Source of the DNA: an uncultured Methanosarcinales archaeon
GTDB lineage: Archaea; Nanobdellota; Nanobdellia; Woesearchaeales; JACPBV01
Assembly: GCA_964609455.1 (NCBI GenBank)
Contig: CAZSRD010000003.1
Span: forward strand, 8,200 to 72,199
Length of the DNA stretch: 64,000 nt
Direction: 5' to 3'
Shown here: positions 47,010 to 57,628 of the stretch, piece after piece
Numbering within the stretch: position 1 is the first letter of the stretch
Layout of the letters: each line of letters starts with the position of its first letter
The notes under the pieces: generated by a model
What the model was told of the DNA's origin: nothing
Database searches by the model: none
The model's input: only the letters and a program-made list of their open reading frames with translations
Program-made: the position numbers and the translations under genes

Positions 47010-47939
47010 TTAAAGCTTTTTAATTTTGGCAACAAAGAAGCCCTCGGTATCATTATCCTGCGGCCAGATTCTTAAACATTTTTTAATCTCTTTATTATAC
47101 TTATTACCTTCAAATTCTAATATTGGTTCTGACCTTTTTATGTCTAGTGTGATTTCTTCAAGTTTTGCATTTTCGTGTTTTTCTAAAAACCAATCAATAA
47201 CTCCTTCGTCTTCTTCTGGCTCTAAGCTGCAGGTTGAATAAACTAATGTTCCTCCTTGTTTTAGAATAGAAAAAGCAGTATCAACCAATACTCTTTGTTG
47301 CCCGCATAACCTTTTTATTGCATTTGGATTCCATATCCCTAACGTTTTCAGTGATTTTCTTATTGTTCCTGTGCCAGAGCAAGGCGCATCTACAAGAATT
47401 CTATCAAATTCTATGTTTGAATTTCTAAAGAATCTTCCTTCCATCAATGTTATTATTGAGTTTCTTACCCCCATTCTTTGCAAGTTTATGCCTAATGGCT
47501 GTAACCTTATATATCGGTAATCGTTTGCAATTAAGATTCCTTGATTTTGCATGTACTGTGAAATTTGAGAAGCTTTTGAGCCAGGCGCTGCACATATATC
47601 TAGGATGGTTTCTCCTGGTTTTGGATCCAGAACTAATGGCGGAATCATTGAAGCAGCTTCTTGAACATAGAAGTAACCTAAAGAGTGTTCTGTTGTGTTA
47701 CCAATATCCCTCCTTCCTTCATGGTGCTCTACCCAAAACCCTTCTTTGCACCAAGGTACTTGTGTTAGTTTCCAGTTTTTGAATCTTTTTTGAAATTCTT
47801 CAACTGGTATTTTTAGAGTATTTATCCTTATGGATCTTCTTAGGAAGCTTGTTGAAGTTTCTTTGAAAGTCTGCCAATCTGTTAGTTTGGAGTAGCGCTC
47901 GATGAATTTTGGCTTGAATTCTATATCTTCTTTGTTCAT
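47010..47939 (-). CDS. NOL1/NOP2/Sun family RNA cytosine-C5 methyltransferase
   Basis: SAM motif DICAAPGSKA and catalytic DAPCSGTG ... TCSL. Confidence 0.82.
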   Translation of the reverse strand: MNKEDIEFKPKFIERYSKLTDWQTFKETSTSFLRRSIRINTLKIPVEEFQKRFKNWKLTQVPWCKEGFWVEHHEGRRDIGNTTEHSLGYFYVQEAASMIPPLVLDPKPGETILDICAAPGSKASQISQYMQNQGILIANDYRYIRLQPLGINLQRMGVRNSIITLMEGRFFRNSNIEFDRILVDAPCSGTGTIRKSLKTLGIWNPNAIKRLCGQQRVLVDTAFSILKQGGTLVYSTCSLEPEEDEGVIDWFLEKHENAKLEEITLDIKRSEPILEFEGNKYNKEIKKCLRIWPQDNDTEGFFVAKIKKL

Positions 47940-48051
47940 ATAATCCTGATGTTAGTTATTTGTTTATTAATTTTCCCCTTATTGTATTTATATCACTTAG
48001 TAGTAGTTTCAAAACAAAAGATTTATAAAGTATGATTAAATTTTAATTTTT

Positions 48052-49164
48052 ATGGACTTGTATTTTGATGATTTGACTGAAAGGCTTTTAAGGGCTGTAG
48101 ATATGCCTACCAAGGCAATGGTGCATGCATATGTTTTAGAGAGAGAACCTAGGTGGACATCTGCTCCAAAGATTAGGGATTTGGCTATGATTGTATGTGA
48201 TAGGAAAGGCATTCCTAGAAGAAAAGTGCGGTTTACTTCTAATGTTGACACAATAAGAAAACATCTGTTAAAATTCGAGGACATTTTCGTTACTTCATTA
48301 GATGGTCAAGGTTATGCACACACAGAATTAGGGCATGATGCCTTAAAGCTTGTTGCTGGACTTGCTTTGGATTATATGGCTAATCATGATTTTCCTTTGT
48401 TTGATGTTGTTAACCACAGAAGGAACTTGCCCTTAATGTTTAAATTCATTGAAGCTGTTTATTTTCATAATCTTACTGGGACTTTAGAAATATTGGACTA
48501 TATGGGTGTTCCGTTTACTAAAGCTAATCAACAGACCATTGATTGTTATGTTGATGGTTTTAGCAGAACTGGTTTGCTGGAAGTAGGGTACGATGTTAGA
48601 AACCGACATAACTATAGGAGAATTTTAAAACCCACAGAAAAAGGAGCAGAGTTGGTTCCTTTGTTCTATAAGGGCTTTGTTATACCTGTGTCAAGATTTA
48701 CCGAATTATTGGGTAAAGGGAAAAAAGATGAAGCTGTTGAATTTATTGGGAATGGGGGTAGGGTAAGGCAATTCACATTTCAGATGTATCCTGGTGACAC
48801 ACCTTGTATAAGGGCATTAAGGACTTTTGTTCCTACTTATTTACGCGACAATTCTAATGATATCGTGCTTAAGGAAGGAGATGAAGATCCCCAGATTGTT
48901 TTTGTGGATTGTAGTGAGGTAGACCCTTCAAAGTTTTATAAATCTAGTCGTGTAGTTGGCGTTACTAATACTTTATATGATGCAAATCTATTAGTTAATT
49001 GTGGGAAACCGGTTGTTGATTATGCTGTTGATTCTAGGGTCTTAGCAGATCTGAACCATCCGGACAGAGCCTTCTTAAGAGAGAGAATGCAGGAAGTTGT
49101 TTTATCTTTATTGAAACATAGGGAAAGATATATTGGATGTATATTTGGTTTTAATGGCCGTTAA
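48052..49164 (+). CDS. hypothetical protein (higher GC)
   Basis: 370 aa ORF, coding-like, no motif. Confidence 0.45.
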   Translation: MDLYFDDLTERLLRAVDMPTKAMVHAYVLEREPRWTSAPKIRDLAMIVCDRKGIPRRKVRFTSNVDTIRKHLLKFEDIFVTSLDGQGYAHTELGHDALKLVAGLALDYMANHDFPLFDVVNHRRNLPLMFKFIEAVYFHNLTGTLEILDYMGVPFTKANQQTIDCYVDGFSRTGLLEVGYDVRNRHNYRRILKPTEKGAELVPLFYKGFVIPVSRFTELLGKGKKDEAVEFIGNGGRVRQFTFQMYPGDTPCIRALRTFVPTYLRDNSNDIVLKEGDEDPQIVFVDCSEVDPSKFYKSSRVVGVTNTLYDANLLVNCGKPVVDYAVDSRVLADLNHPDRAFLRERMQEVVLSLLKHRERYIGCIFGFNGR

Positions 49165-50855
49165 CTAAGTTTCTTAACCATATACGGTCCTTCTTTTTTA
49201 TAGCCTAGTTTTTTGAAATATTCTTTTGCGCCAATTCCTGATATTACGACCATTTTGTTTTTGTAATAGGTTCTTGCTGTTTCTTCTGCTTTGTTTACTA
49301 GGGCTTTTCCTATTCCCTTATGCTGGATTTTTCCTTTCTTACCTATTTGTGCTGCTTCTCCATATACATGCAGCTCTCTTATCAATGCGGAATCTTGAGT
49401 AATCTCTTTTCTTAAAAAAGAAGAGGGGAATCTCAATCTGCAAAACCCTAAGATTAAATCATTTTTTATGTCTTCTGCTGAGATAAAAAACTCGTTTCCC
49501 TCAGATGCTATGTACTGTCTCTCAAGAATTTCTATCTTTTTTGAAATCTTTTTTCCTTTTGGTTCTCTACACCTTATACATCTGCATTTTATTTTTTTCT
49601 TTTTCATCTCATTTTCTATGTATTGGCGCAAATTAGTTTTATCTACCCCTGCTTGGGTCATGAATGTGGGAATGTCTCTTTGTACCCTCATAATTCTTAC
49701 ATATTCAGGAACTATTTTTTTAAAATCTAAAATCAGATCAGCAGCTTGTTTTGTTGTTAATGGCTTATACTTTCCTTTTTTCCATAAACTGTAGAGCTTT
49801 GTTCCTTTTAACACCATACACGGGTATATTTTTAACATGTCTGGCTGAAATTCTTCATATTTGAATAATGCATATAAGGAAAAGAGGTCTTTCTTTTTGT
49901 TTACTCCTGGCAAGCCCGGCATCATGTGGTAGTTTATCTTAAAGCCTAAATCTTTTAGGGTTTTTGTTGCTTTTATTGAATCTTCAACTGTATGACCCCT
50001 CCTTATTTTTTTTAGAACATCATTGTATATTGTCTGAACGCCAAGCTCTACTTTTGTGCACCCTAATCTTAACATTTCATTTGCTTCTTTTATGGTAGCG
50101 TAATCAGGCCTTGTCTCAATAACTAAAGATACGCAGCGTATTTTTGATTTCTCATTTTTTAGCTGTTCTTTTTTTAGGCTTGTTTTTGCCTTAAGCTTCA
50201 TCAATCTCCTTTTTATCCTTTTAGCTCTTTCTTCATTGTATATGTCTCCTGGAAGCTCGAAGAATTTTTTGAATTTGATCAAATCAAGTTTGTGTTTTTT
50301 GAAGAATAATGTTGAGAAATCGTTCATTGCTTTGAATGCGTATTTTATGAAATCTTCCTGGTATTTCTTTGGGAATGAAGGGAAGGTGCCCCCCATTATT
50401 ATCAATTCTAACTTGTCTGGGATGTGGCCTTGTACAATATGCTGTTCTAAACGATTAATTACCTGCTGATATGGGTCATAATTGTTTCTTATAGCGCGCC
50501 TTGTTGCTGGTTCTTTTCCTGTATAGCTTTGTGGAACAGAGCCGAATACTGAATCTGGGCCGCCAGGGCACATTATACATGGGCCAATTCCTTTTTTTAC
50601 ATGGGGGCAAGGAAATGGCTTTGTCATTATTGCGCAGATTGCAACACCTGAAAGGGTTCTTGTTGGCTTTGATATAAGATATTCTTTAATTTTTGGAATT
50701 TCATTGATAGGCGCAGTAAGAAGGATCTCAATATCTGTTGGTACTTTTTTCAGTTTGTATTTTTTGGATAGTTTTGTTTTTATTTTAGACAGCTTTATTT
50801 TTGATGGTTTTTGTTTTTTTATTATTTCTATTATCTCTTCTATGAATTGGTTCAT
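49161..50855 (-). CDS. elp3: Elp3-like radical-SAM/GNAT tRNA acetyltransferase
   Basis: Radical-SAM Cys cluster near CPHVKKGIGPCIMCPGG, central Elp3 region (RPDYATIKE...GCTKVELGVQT) and C-terminal GNAT. Confidence 0.85.
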   Translation of the reverse strand: MNQFIEEIIEIIKKQKPSKIKLSKIKTKLSKKYKLKKVPTDIEILLTAPINEIPKIKEYLISKPTRTLSGVAICAIMTKPFPCPHVKKGIGPCIMCPGGPDSVFGSVPQSYTGKEPATRRAIRNNYDPYQQVINRLEQHIVQGHIPDKLELIIMGGTFPSFPKKYQEDFIKYAFKAMNDFSTLFFKKHKLDLIKFKKFFELPGDIYNEERAKRIKRRLMKLKAKTSLKKEQLKNEKSKIRCVSLVIETRPDYATIKEANEMLRLGCTKVELGVQTIYNDVLKKIRRGHTVEDSIKATKTLKDLGFKINYHMMPGLPGVNKKKDLFSLYALFKYEEFQPDMLKIYPCMVLKGTKLYSLWKKGKYKPLTTKQAADLILDFKKIVPEYVRIMRVQRDIPTFMTQAGVDKTNLRQYIENEMKKKKIKCRCIRCREPKGKKISKKIEILERQYIASEGNEFFISAEDIKNDLILGFCRLRFPSSFLRKEITQDSALIRELHVYGEAAQIGKKGKIQHKGIGKALVNKAEETARTYYKNKMVVISGIGAKEYFKKLGYKKEGPYMVKKLS

Positions 50856-50895
50856 AAAGAATTAAAGTTACAGAAGGATATATTAAGGTTTTCTT

Positions 50896-51507
50896 TTAGG
50901 CAGCATAACGTTGGGTATTTCCTGGTTTTTGAATTGGGTGCGGGTACATACCCAAAATGATTTTTTCTATATCTTGAGGAGTTACTTCATTTCTTCTTTC
51001 AAGTTGTGCATTATACATTGCTCTTTCGTAAGCATATTCTATGGTTTGTACAAAAGATTGTATCCTTTGTGCAACAGATTGATTTCTTTTTTCTTCACTA
51101 TCTCTTGCTTTTGCAAAGGCGAGTACAGCATCTGTTATTTCTTCTCTTCTAGCTGATTTCCCTAACTCTATCCACATATCATGCAACTTTTGGGCAATTC
51201 TTGGGTTTTCCAGATAGTTGTAGTATATAAACAAACCAGCATAACCTTTGCTATAAAGAGGCACTTGTGTTTCTTGTATAGGGGCGTCTATTTCTTCTTG
51301 TAGAGTATCTGTTATGTTTTTAACACCACCCATTTCCGTACTACCTGACCTATGATATCTCAGCCACGCAAAAGGTGGGGCATTAGCAATATCGTACGTT
51401 GCCGCAGTATGTAGCATTTTTTCTACAGCATCAACTAAACTTCTTAAGCCTTTGTGAGCTTGTTGAGCGATTCCTTCGGTTATTGTTATTTCGGACATTT
51501 CTAACAC
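50896..51507 (-). CDS. hypothetical protein (higher GC)
   Basis: 203 aa ORF, no motif. Confidence 0.4.
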   Translation of the reverse strand: MLEMSEITITEGIAQQAHKGLRSLVDAVEKMLHTAATYDIANAPPFAWLRYHRSGSTEMGGVKNITDTLQEEIDAPIQETQVPLYSKGYAGLFIYYNYLENPRIAQKLHDMWIELGKSARREEITDAVLAFAKARDSEEKRNQSVAQRIQSFVQTIEYAYERAMYNAQLERRNEVTPQDIEKIILGMYPHPIQKPGNTQRYAA

Positions 51508-51652
51508 CTTAGAAGGAACAGTCAGAATATGAAGAATGGCTAAATTCCTCTTTTTTCTAGTATACTAATGTGTATATTAGTTTATAAATCTTTCTTTTAT
51601 AATATATTTTAGAAAATATAGTTTAAAATAGTATAATTATATGTTTTGCCGC

Positions 51653-52618
51653 CTAAAATATGAATTCAGCAAATAAAAATAGGATGTAAAATAAGATTAA
51701 TATTAAGCCGTGCTTCCAGTTTACCTCTTCTTTTCCCATTATTACTGATGTATAAAGGATACCTGCTATCATGAATAGGGAGGTTATTAAGATAGTTGCT
51801 GGATTGATGAGAACTGGCTTAATGATAGCAACTATTCCTAAAACAAACGCTGAATTGGCTACTAGAGAGCCTAAAACATTCCCAAAAGCAATATCTTTGT
51901 GGTGTTTTAACACCGATCTAATCTGTACAGTCAGTTCTGGTGTTGATGCCCCTATACCTATAACTATCAATCCAATCATATAAGGAGATATCTTTAATAT
52001 TTCTGAGATGTTAATAGAAGAGAAGACTAGCCAGCGAGCTGAAAGGAGCAAGGCAGCTAAAGCTAAAATAAATATAATGGCATCTTTCCATATATTCTTA
52101 AGCTCAATATTTTTTTTCATCTTTCCTAATTTGCCTTCGCTTTGCCATAATCGCGCTATGTATATAAAGAATGAAATAAGAAGAATTACTCCATCTATTT
52201 TTGATAGTTCTCCGTCAATAATTAATAGGAGCGGCAGGATTGTTATGAAGAATGTAACTATTGGGGCGCTACCTCCTACGTTTTCTTTTGTTTTGATGTT
52301 TTTTGCAATTAACAGAATTAAGCCTAACAAAGGTATTTTAAAGAGGTTTGAGCCAAGAACAGTCCCAAAAACAATTGCCCCTTGGCCAATCATTGTTCCA
52401 GTTATGGAAGCTACCAATTCTGGCAAGGCTGTTCCAATCGAGACTACAAGAAAACCAATTAGGTAATCAGAAACACCCAGTTTTTTTGCGTAATCTGATA
52501 TGCTATAAACTACAAGGTCCGCTGATTTTGCGACAATGGCTAATGAAGCTAAAATTATTATTGAATGGAATAACAAGGGGTGCAGGCTGTTTAATTGGTT
52601 TAGCAGTTCATTTATCAT
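51653..52618 (-). CDS. CaCA-family cation/Ca2+ exchanger (YrbG-like)
   Basis: Two alpha-repeat motifs GTALPELVASI and GASTPELTVQI. Confidence 0.78.
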   Translation of the reverse strand: MINELLNQLNSLHPLLFHSIIILASLAIVAKSADLVVYSISDYAKKLGVSDYLIGFLVVSIGTALPELVASITGTMIGQGAIVFGTVLGSNLFKIPLLGLILLIAKNIKTKENVGGSAPIVTFFITILPLLLIIDGELSKIDGVILLISFFIYIARLWQSEGKLGKMKKNIELKNIWKDAIIFILALAALLLSARWLVFSSINISEILKISPYMIGLIVIGIGASTPELTVQIRSVLKHHKDIAFGNVLGSLVANSAFVLGIVAIIKPVLINPATILITSLFMIAGILYTSVIMGKEEVNWKHGLILILFYILFLFAEFIF

Positions 52619-55226
52619 TTTTTATCCTCTTAACCAGTTTGATTACCTCAATCACTACAAAAACAGATGAGGATATTAAAAGCACATAGATCCAGTCTAA
52701 TAATTTTAGCGGGACTGTCTTGAAAAATAATGCCAAGGGTGTGTGAATCACTGCTACTTGCAGCAATATCGAAATTGTTATAGCGCCTATAAGCCATTTG
52801 TTGTTTCTAAGCCTGAATAAGGATTTGTCCTCTGATCTGCAATTAAGGACATTAAACATCTGGAACATCATCAATGTTGAGAAAGCCATTGTTTGCGCAT
52901 ACTCCAGGCTTTTGGGCAGGTATAATCTGAATACAAATAATGTACCTATCATCATTATTAACCCTATTATCACCATGCTTATTATCATATCTTTTGTAAG
53001 AATCTTTTCTTTAGGGTTACGCGGCTCTTTATCCATTAATCCTTCTTCTCCAGGGTCCACACTTAATGCAAGAGCAGGGAGGCCATCTGTGGCCAGGTTA
53101 ATCCATAATATCTGTATTGCTATTACAGGCAGAGCATTTCCAAAAAAGGGAGAGAGCATTATTGCAGTGAATATTGTTAGAACCTCACCAAGGTTTGAAC
53201 TTAACAGATACTTTACAAATTTTTTAATGTTGGAATATATGGTTCTTCCTTCTTCTATTGCGTTTACGATAGAGGCGAAGTTATCGTCTGTTAATATCAT
53301 ATGTGATGCTTCTTTACTTACGTCTGTTCCACTAATTCCCATAGCTATTCCTATGTCAGAATTTTTTAATGCAGGAGCATCATTCACGCCATCGCCAGTC
53401 ATTGCGATTATGTGGCCTCTTTTTCTTAATGCATCTACTATTTTTGTTTTGTGTTCTGGGTTAACCCTAGCATATATTGCTATCTCTTCAACCTGTTTGT
53501 GAAGGTGTTTTATCTTGTCAAGGTCTTTTCCCTCTATTGCTTTACCTTCTATCCCCAATTCTTTTGCTATTGCTCTTGCTGTTGCAATATGATCCCCTGT
53601 AATCATTACCACTTTGATTCCTGCTTTTTTTGATTTTTCAATTGCTTCTTTTACTTCTGGCCTTGGCGGATCCATCATTGCCTGCAAACCTACAAAGACC
53701 ATGTTTTTTTCGGTTAATTCTCCCTCTTTGTAAGCAAAACCAAGAACTCTTAATGCGTTATTTGCAAGTTCTTCATTAATGCCAAGGATTTTTTTCTTTT
53801 CAAGCTTGCTTAATCTTTGAACCTGCCCATTTACCAATATTCTGTCGCATTTTTCTAAGATTATATCCGGCGCGCCTTTTGTGTAAATTACTTCTTTGCT
53901 ATTTATTTTATGGAAAGTAGACATTAGTTTTCTTTCTGAGGTGAACTGTATCTCTTCTGTTCTGGGATATTTTGTTTCTAAAAAATCTTTTTTTAACCCT
54001 GCTTTTGCTGCAGATACTATCAAAGATATCTCTGTTGGATCGCCTATACTTTCTTTTTCATTTAGTTTTGCATCATTACACAGAACACCTATTTCCAGAA
54101 GTTTTAAGAAATTTTTTGTATTAATTACCTTTTTATTTATATGGAACGCGCCCTTTATGGCATAACCTTGCCCTGAAACATCAATTATCTGGCCATTTGC
54201 ATATATTTTTTTTACAGTCATTTCATTACATGTGAGGGTTCCTGTTTTATCTGAGCAAATTACAGTTGTTGAGCCTAATGTTTCTACTGATGGCAATTTC
54301 CTTACCAATGCATTTCTTTTAATCATTCTTTGAACGCCTAATGCCAGTGATATTGTGACAACTGCCGGTAACCCTTCTGGTACGGCAGCTACTGCTAGGG
54401 CTACTGATGCTATGAACATCTCTATTGGACTTAATCCTGCAGCAAAAGTCCCTGCTAGAAATACAACAACAGCAATTATAATGACAGCAAGGCCTAAAAA
54501 TTTTCCTAATTGCTTAAGCTTTATCTGAAGGGGGGTTAGGACCGCTTCTGTTGCCTGTATCATTTCTGCAATCTTCCCTATTTGTGTGTCCATCCCGGTT
54601 GAAGTTACTATTGCCTTACCTCTTCCCTTGGTTATAATTGTTGAAGAAAAAACCATATTGTACCTGTCTGCAACAGGTGTCTTTTCATCCAATGTCCCTA
54701 TTGCTTTTTTTACAGGCACAGATTCTCCAGTAAGGGCTGCTTCTTGCGCCTCTAAATTCATTATTTCAATCAGCCTAGAATCAGCTGGCACCTTGTCTCC
54801 TGTTTCTAATAAAATAATGTCTCCAAGAACCAGTTCTGAAGCATCAATCTTTTGTTCTTGTCCATTTCTGATCACTTTTGCTTTTAATGAAGCCATCTTC
54901 TTTAGGGCTTCAATCGCTTTTTCTGCTTTGTATTCCTGTATGAATCCCATAAATGCATTTAAAATAAGAATAACCCCAATTACAACAGCATCTATTTTCT
55001 CTCCAAGGAATATTGAGATTCCCAGCGCCGCTAAGAGTATGTAAATTATGAAGTTATTGAACTGGCTGAAGAATATTTTTAATGGTGATATTTTTTTTGC
55101 CTCTTTTATCTCATTTAGGCCATATTTTTCAATTCTTTTTTTGGCTTCCTCACTACTTAAGCCCTTTTCTGATGTGTTTAGCTCTTTGTATACTTCCTTT
55201 AGTTCTTTATAATGCATCTTACTCAC
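52608..55226 (-). CDS. P-type ATPase, Ca2+-transporting (type IIA/IIB-like)
   Basis: CSDKTGTLT, MITGDHIATARAIA, TGDGVNDAPALK; 872 aa. Confidence 0.9.
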   Translation of the reverse strand: MSKMHYKELKEVYKELNTSEKGLSSEEAKKRIEKYGLNEIKEAKKISPLKIFFSQFNNFIIYILLAALGISIFLGEKIDAVVIGVILILNAFMGFIQEYKAEKAIEALKKMASLKAKVIRNGQEQKIDASELVLGDIILLETGDKVPADSRLIEIMNLEAQEAALTGESVPVKKAIGTLDEKTPVADRYNMVFSSTIITKGRGKAIVTSTGMDTQIGKIAEMIQATEAVLTPLQIKLKQLGKFLGLAVIIIAVVVFLAGTFAAGLSPIEMFIASVALAVAAVPEGLPAVVTISLALGVQRMIKRNALVRKLPSVETLGSTTVICSDKTGTLTCNEMTVKKIYANGQIIDVSGQGYAIKGAFHINKKVINTKNFLKLLEIGVLCNDAKLNEKESIGDPTEISLIVSAAKAGLKKDFLETKYPRTEEIQFTSERKLMSTFHKINSKEVIYTKGAPDIILEKCDRILVNGQVQRLSKLEKKKILGINEELANNALRVLGFAYKEGELTEKNMVFVGLQAMMDPPRPEVKEAIEKSKKAGIKVVMITGDHIATARAIAKELGIEGKAIEGKDLDKIKHLHKQVEEIAIYARVNPEHKTKIVDALRKRGHIIAMTGDGVNDAPALKNSDIGIAMGISGTDVSKEASHMILTDDNFASIVNAIEEGRTIYSNIKKFVKYLLSSNLGEVLTIFTAIMLSPFFGNALPVIAIQILWINLATDGLPALALSVDPGEEGLMDKEPRNPKEKILTKDMIISMVIIGLIMMIGTLFVFRLYLPKSLEYAQTMAFSTLMMFQMFNVLNCRSEDKSLFRLRNNKWLIGAITISILLQVAVIHTPLALFFKTVPLKLLDWIYVLLISSSVFVVIEVIKLVKRIKNDK

Positions 55227-55419
55227 CTATTTTTTGTTCTATTGATGGTTTTTTTATTTCCTCGAATTTGATATACCACTTATTAGCCTCGTTATCAAAT
55301 ATGAAAATTATATTGTACTTTTTGTCTTTGTTTAAAGCAAAAAGAAGAGGCATTGGAATTGTTGTTTCAAAGCTAGAGCCGCGCTTGTAAAGCTTTCTTT
55401 TGAATTCTATTTTCTGCAT
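55219..55419 (-). CDS. small AbrB/SpoVT-like DNA-binding protein
   Basis: KLYKRGSSFETTIPMPL resembles the AbrB/MazE swapped-hairpin motif; overlaps the ATPase start by 8 nt. Confidence 0.4.
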   Translation of the reverse strand: MQKIEFKRKLYKRGSSFETTIPMPLLFALNKDKKYNIIFIFDNEANKWYIKFEEIKKPSIEQKIGE

Positions 55420-55596
55420 TTTAGTTAATACTTATTAATATACTTATATTTATACTTATGGGATATATAAATGTTTCTGTCTTATCTACGTCAGTTCTAA
55501 TCGCCTGTCGCATACCGTCAGATGTGCTAATTAGATAAATATAAGAGGAAAACCTTTAAAAATAAGGTTTCCCCCCTCATACAACGGTGATGATTT

Positions 55597-55779
55597 ATGA
55601 GCAGAATACCACAAGATTGGTTTAATGCAACAACAGCTTTAGGAACAGCAGTAGCCTTATTTGCAGTTAAGGAATTAGTAAGAATATATTCATTTAACTG
55701 GTGGGTACTGTTAATAGGTTCGATACTTATGGCTATTGTTTCAATAATAGAATATTTATCAATAATATTTAAAAAATAA
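55597..55779 (+). CDS. small membrane protein
   Basis: 60 aa, two TM helices. Confidence 0.3.
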   Translation: MSRIPQDWFNATTALGTAVALFAVKELVRIYSFNWWVLLIGSILMAIVSIIEYLSIIFKK

Positions 55780-55912
55780 ATTGAATTATATCTAATAAAT
55801 TTTTAATTATTATAAGCAGTGCTAAACCTATCCCACTTATACCAAAGATTAGTTCTATTTTTCTTTTCATTTTTAATCGCCTCCATTAAATCTTAAAGAA
55901 AAATAGAAAAAA

Positions 55913-56701
55913 TTATTTCTTCTCTTCTTTTGGAGATTCTTTCTTCTCTGCTGCTGGAGCTGCTCCTGTTGCTGGCTTTCCTTCTGTGCCTTCGGCTCCT
56001 GCGACCCCTTCAACTGGCAATAATTCTTTTATCATAGAGTCTGGGATATTTGCTTCTTTTAATTTTGCTTTTATCTTGCCTCTTTCCTGGCCAGCCATTG
56101 AAGATATGATCTCTTTAGCTGTTCTTTCAAGCTCTGTTCTTCTCTTCTCTATATCTTCTGCTAGTTTTTTCTTCTCTTCATCTAGTTTTTTCTTCTCTTC
56201 TGCTGTTAGCTCGGTTTTTTCTGATTTTATTTCTGCATCAAACTTCCCTTCGTTGATATCCTTAATTGTTTCTGTTGCTGGTTTTCCTTCAACTAGGATG
56301 CCCATTGAGTTGCAAGAGCCAACAATTTCTTTGACCTTGCTTTTTAATGTCTTTCCAAGCAATGCTGAATCCTTCATCTTTGCGATTTTGATAACCTGTT
56401 CTATAAGAACATCAGCTACTTTATCCTCTTTAGGATTAGAAGCACCTTTTTCTATTCCTGCTTCCTTCTTTAATAATTGTGAACTAGGGGGGGTACCAAC
56501 TTCAATATTAAATTCCTTTGTGCTTTTCTCTATTATCACCTTTACAGGCACTTTCATTCCTGCAAAAGCCTTTGTTTTCTCATTAATCTTGGCAATAACC
56601 TGGCCTATGTTAACCCCCATTGGGCCTAGAGCTGGACCTAAGGGTGGAGCAGCGGTTGCTTTTCCTCCTTCGACCATAACTTCTACTGTTTCTTTTGCCA
56701 T
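55913..56701 (-). CDS. rpl11: ribosomal protein L11 with ~95-aa K/E-rich C-terminal extension
   Basis: L11 signature PPLGPALGPMGVNIGQ... through residue ~165, then a charged coiled-coil-like tail ending GAAPAAEKKESPKEEKK. Confidence 0.82.
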   Translation of the reverse strand: MAKETVEVMVEGGKATAAPPLGPALGPMGVNIGQVIAKINEKTKAFAGMKVPVKVIIEKSTKEFNIEVGTPPSSQLLKKEAGIEKGASNPKEDKVADVLIEQVIKIAKMKDSALLGKTLKSKVKEIVGSCNSMGILVEGKPATETIKDINEGKFDAEIKSEKTELTAEEKKKLDEEKKKLAEDIEKRRTELERTAKEIISSMAGQERGKIKAKLKEANIPDSMIKELLPVEGVAGAEGTEGKPATGAAPAAEKKESPKEEKK

Positions 56702-56938
56702 TTTAACTTAGAAACGCTTTACGTTTCTTGTTTCTCAAAAATCGCTCTGCGATTTTTAAGACTTTGAAAATCTCAATACTTACTCACTTTGTTCGTAAGT
56801 TTAGCCATTTTAATCGTTGATTATATCTTGCATGTTTCCATGTTGGATACCTGCTGTTCACCAGGTGTGAAGAAGTTACCTAGCCTACTTAGCAAGCGAC
56901 CGATTTATGTAATAGGATTAATGTTTTATTTATAAATG

Positions 56939-57433
56939 TTACTCTTCTTTTTCCTCTTCTTCGCCTTTCTCTCTTCTAATCACTTTTATAGCGTCCATCC
57001 TTAATGTAATTGGAATCGGGACAGCTGCTTCTAATAATTCAACAACAACCTCTTCTTTTTGCTTGTCTATTCTGGTTACTTTTGCATTCTCTCTCTTGAA
57101 AGGGCCTGAAATGATCTCACAAATATCATTCTTTTGAATATTCATATCTTTTTTGACTTGCTCAAGCATGTGCTCTATTTCCTTGTATTCTACTGTTTTG
57201 GGTAGAACACCTCTAGCGTATGGAACATTAAAAGCTGCCTGCTCTGCATCTGTTCTTGAGGCTGCTTCTACAAAGATATAACCGCGCATACCATGAGGCC
57301 TTATTACAGAGTAGACTTCTAATTTTTTTCTTTTAGCATTACTGCTAACAAAATCCATTACCTGATCTTCCCTGTTTGCAGTTACTCTCAGAGCATATAT
57401 GACTTCGTTTTCTTTATTGTCTTTTTCTTCCAT
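56939..57433 (-). CDS. spt5: transcription elongation factor Spt5/NusG (NGN + KOW)
   Basis: NGN-like N-domain and KOW motif (DICEIISGPFKRENAKVTRID). Confidence 0.78.
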   Translation of the reverse strand: MEEKDNKENEVIYALRVTANREDQVMDFVSSNAKRKKLEVYSVIRPHGMRGYIFVEAASRTDAEQAAFNVPYARGVLPKTVEYKEIEHMLEQVKKDMNIQKNDICEIISGPFKRENAKVTRIDKQKEEVVVELLEAAVPIPITLRMDAIKVIRREKGEEEEKEE

Positions 57434-57438
57434 TTTAT

Positions 57439-57627
57439 TTAGCTGAAAAATAGCACCTTTATCATTTGTATTATGAAACCAAGCAGGCCAATAATCAAAA
57501 TGCCCAGGCCAGATACCTTAACTATTGTGGTAAACTCCAACCTATCTGGCCTTTTAGTTACTTTCAGTACTCTTATGCATTCATTAATAAAGCTTTTGAA
57601 TTTAACCCATATAGAATTAATTGTCAT
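57439..57627 (-). CDS. secE: protein translocase subunit SecE/Sec61-gamma
   Basis: 62 aa, single C-terminal TM; conserved position between ftsZ and spt5/L11. Confidence 0.6.
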   Translation of the reverse strand: MTINSIWVKFKSFINECIRVLKVTKRPDRLEFTTIVKVSGLGILIIGLLGFIIQMIKVLFFS

Positions 57628-57628
57628 T

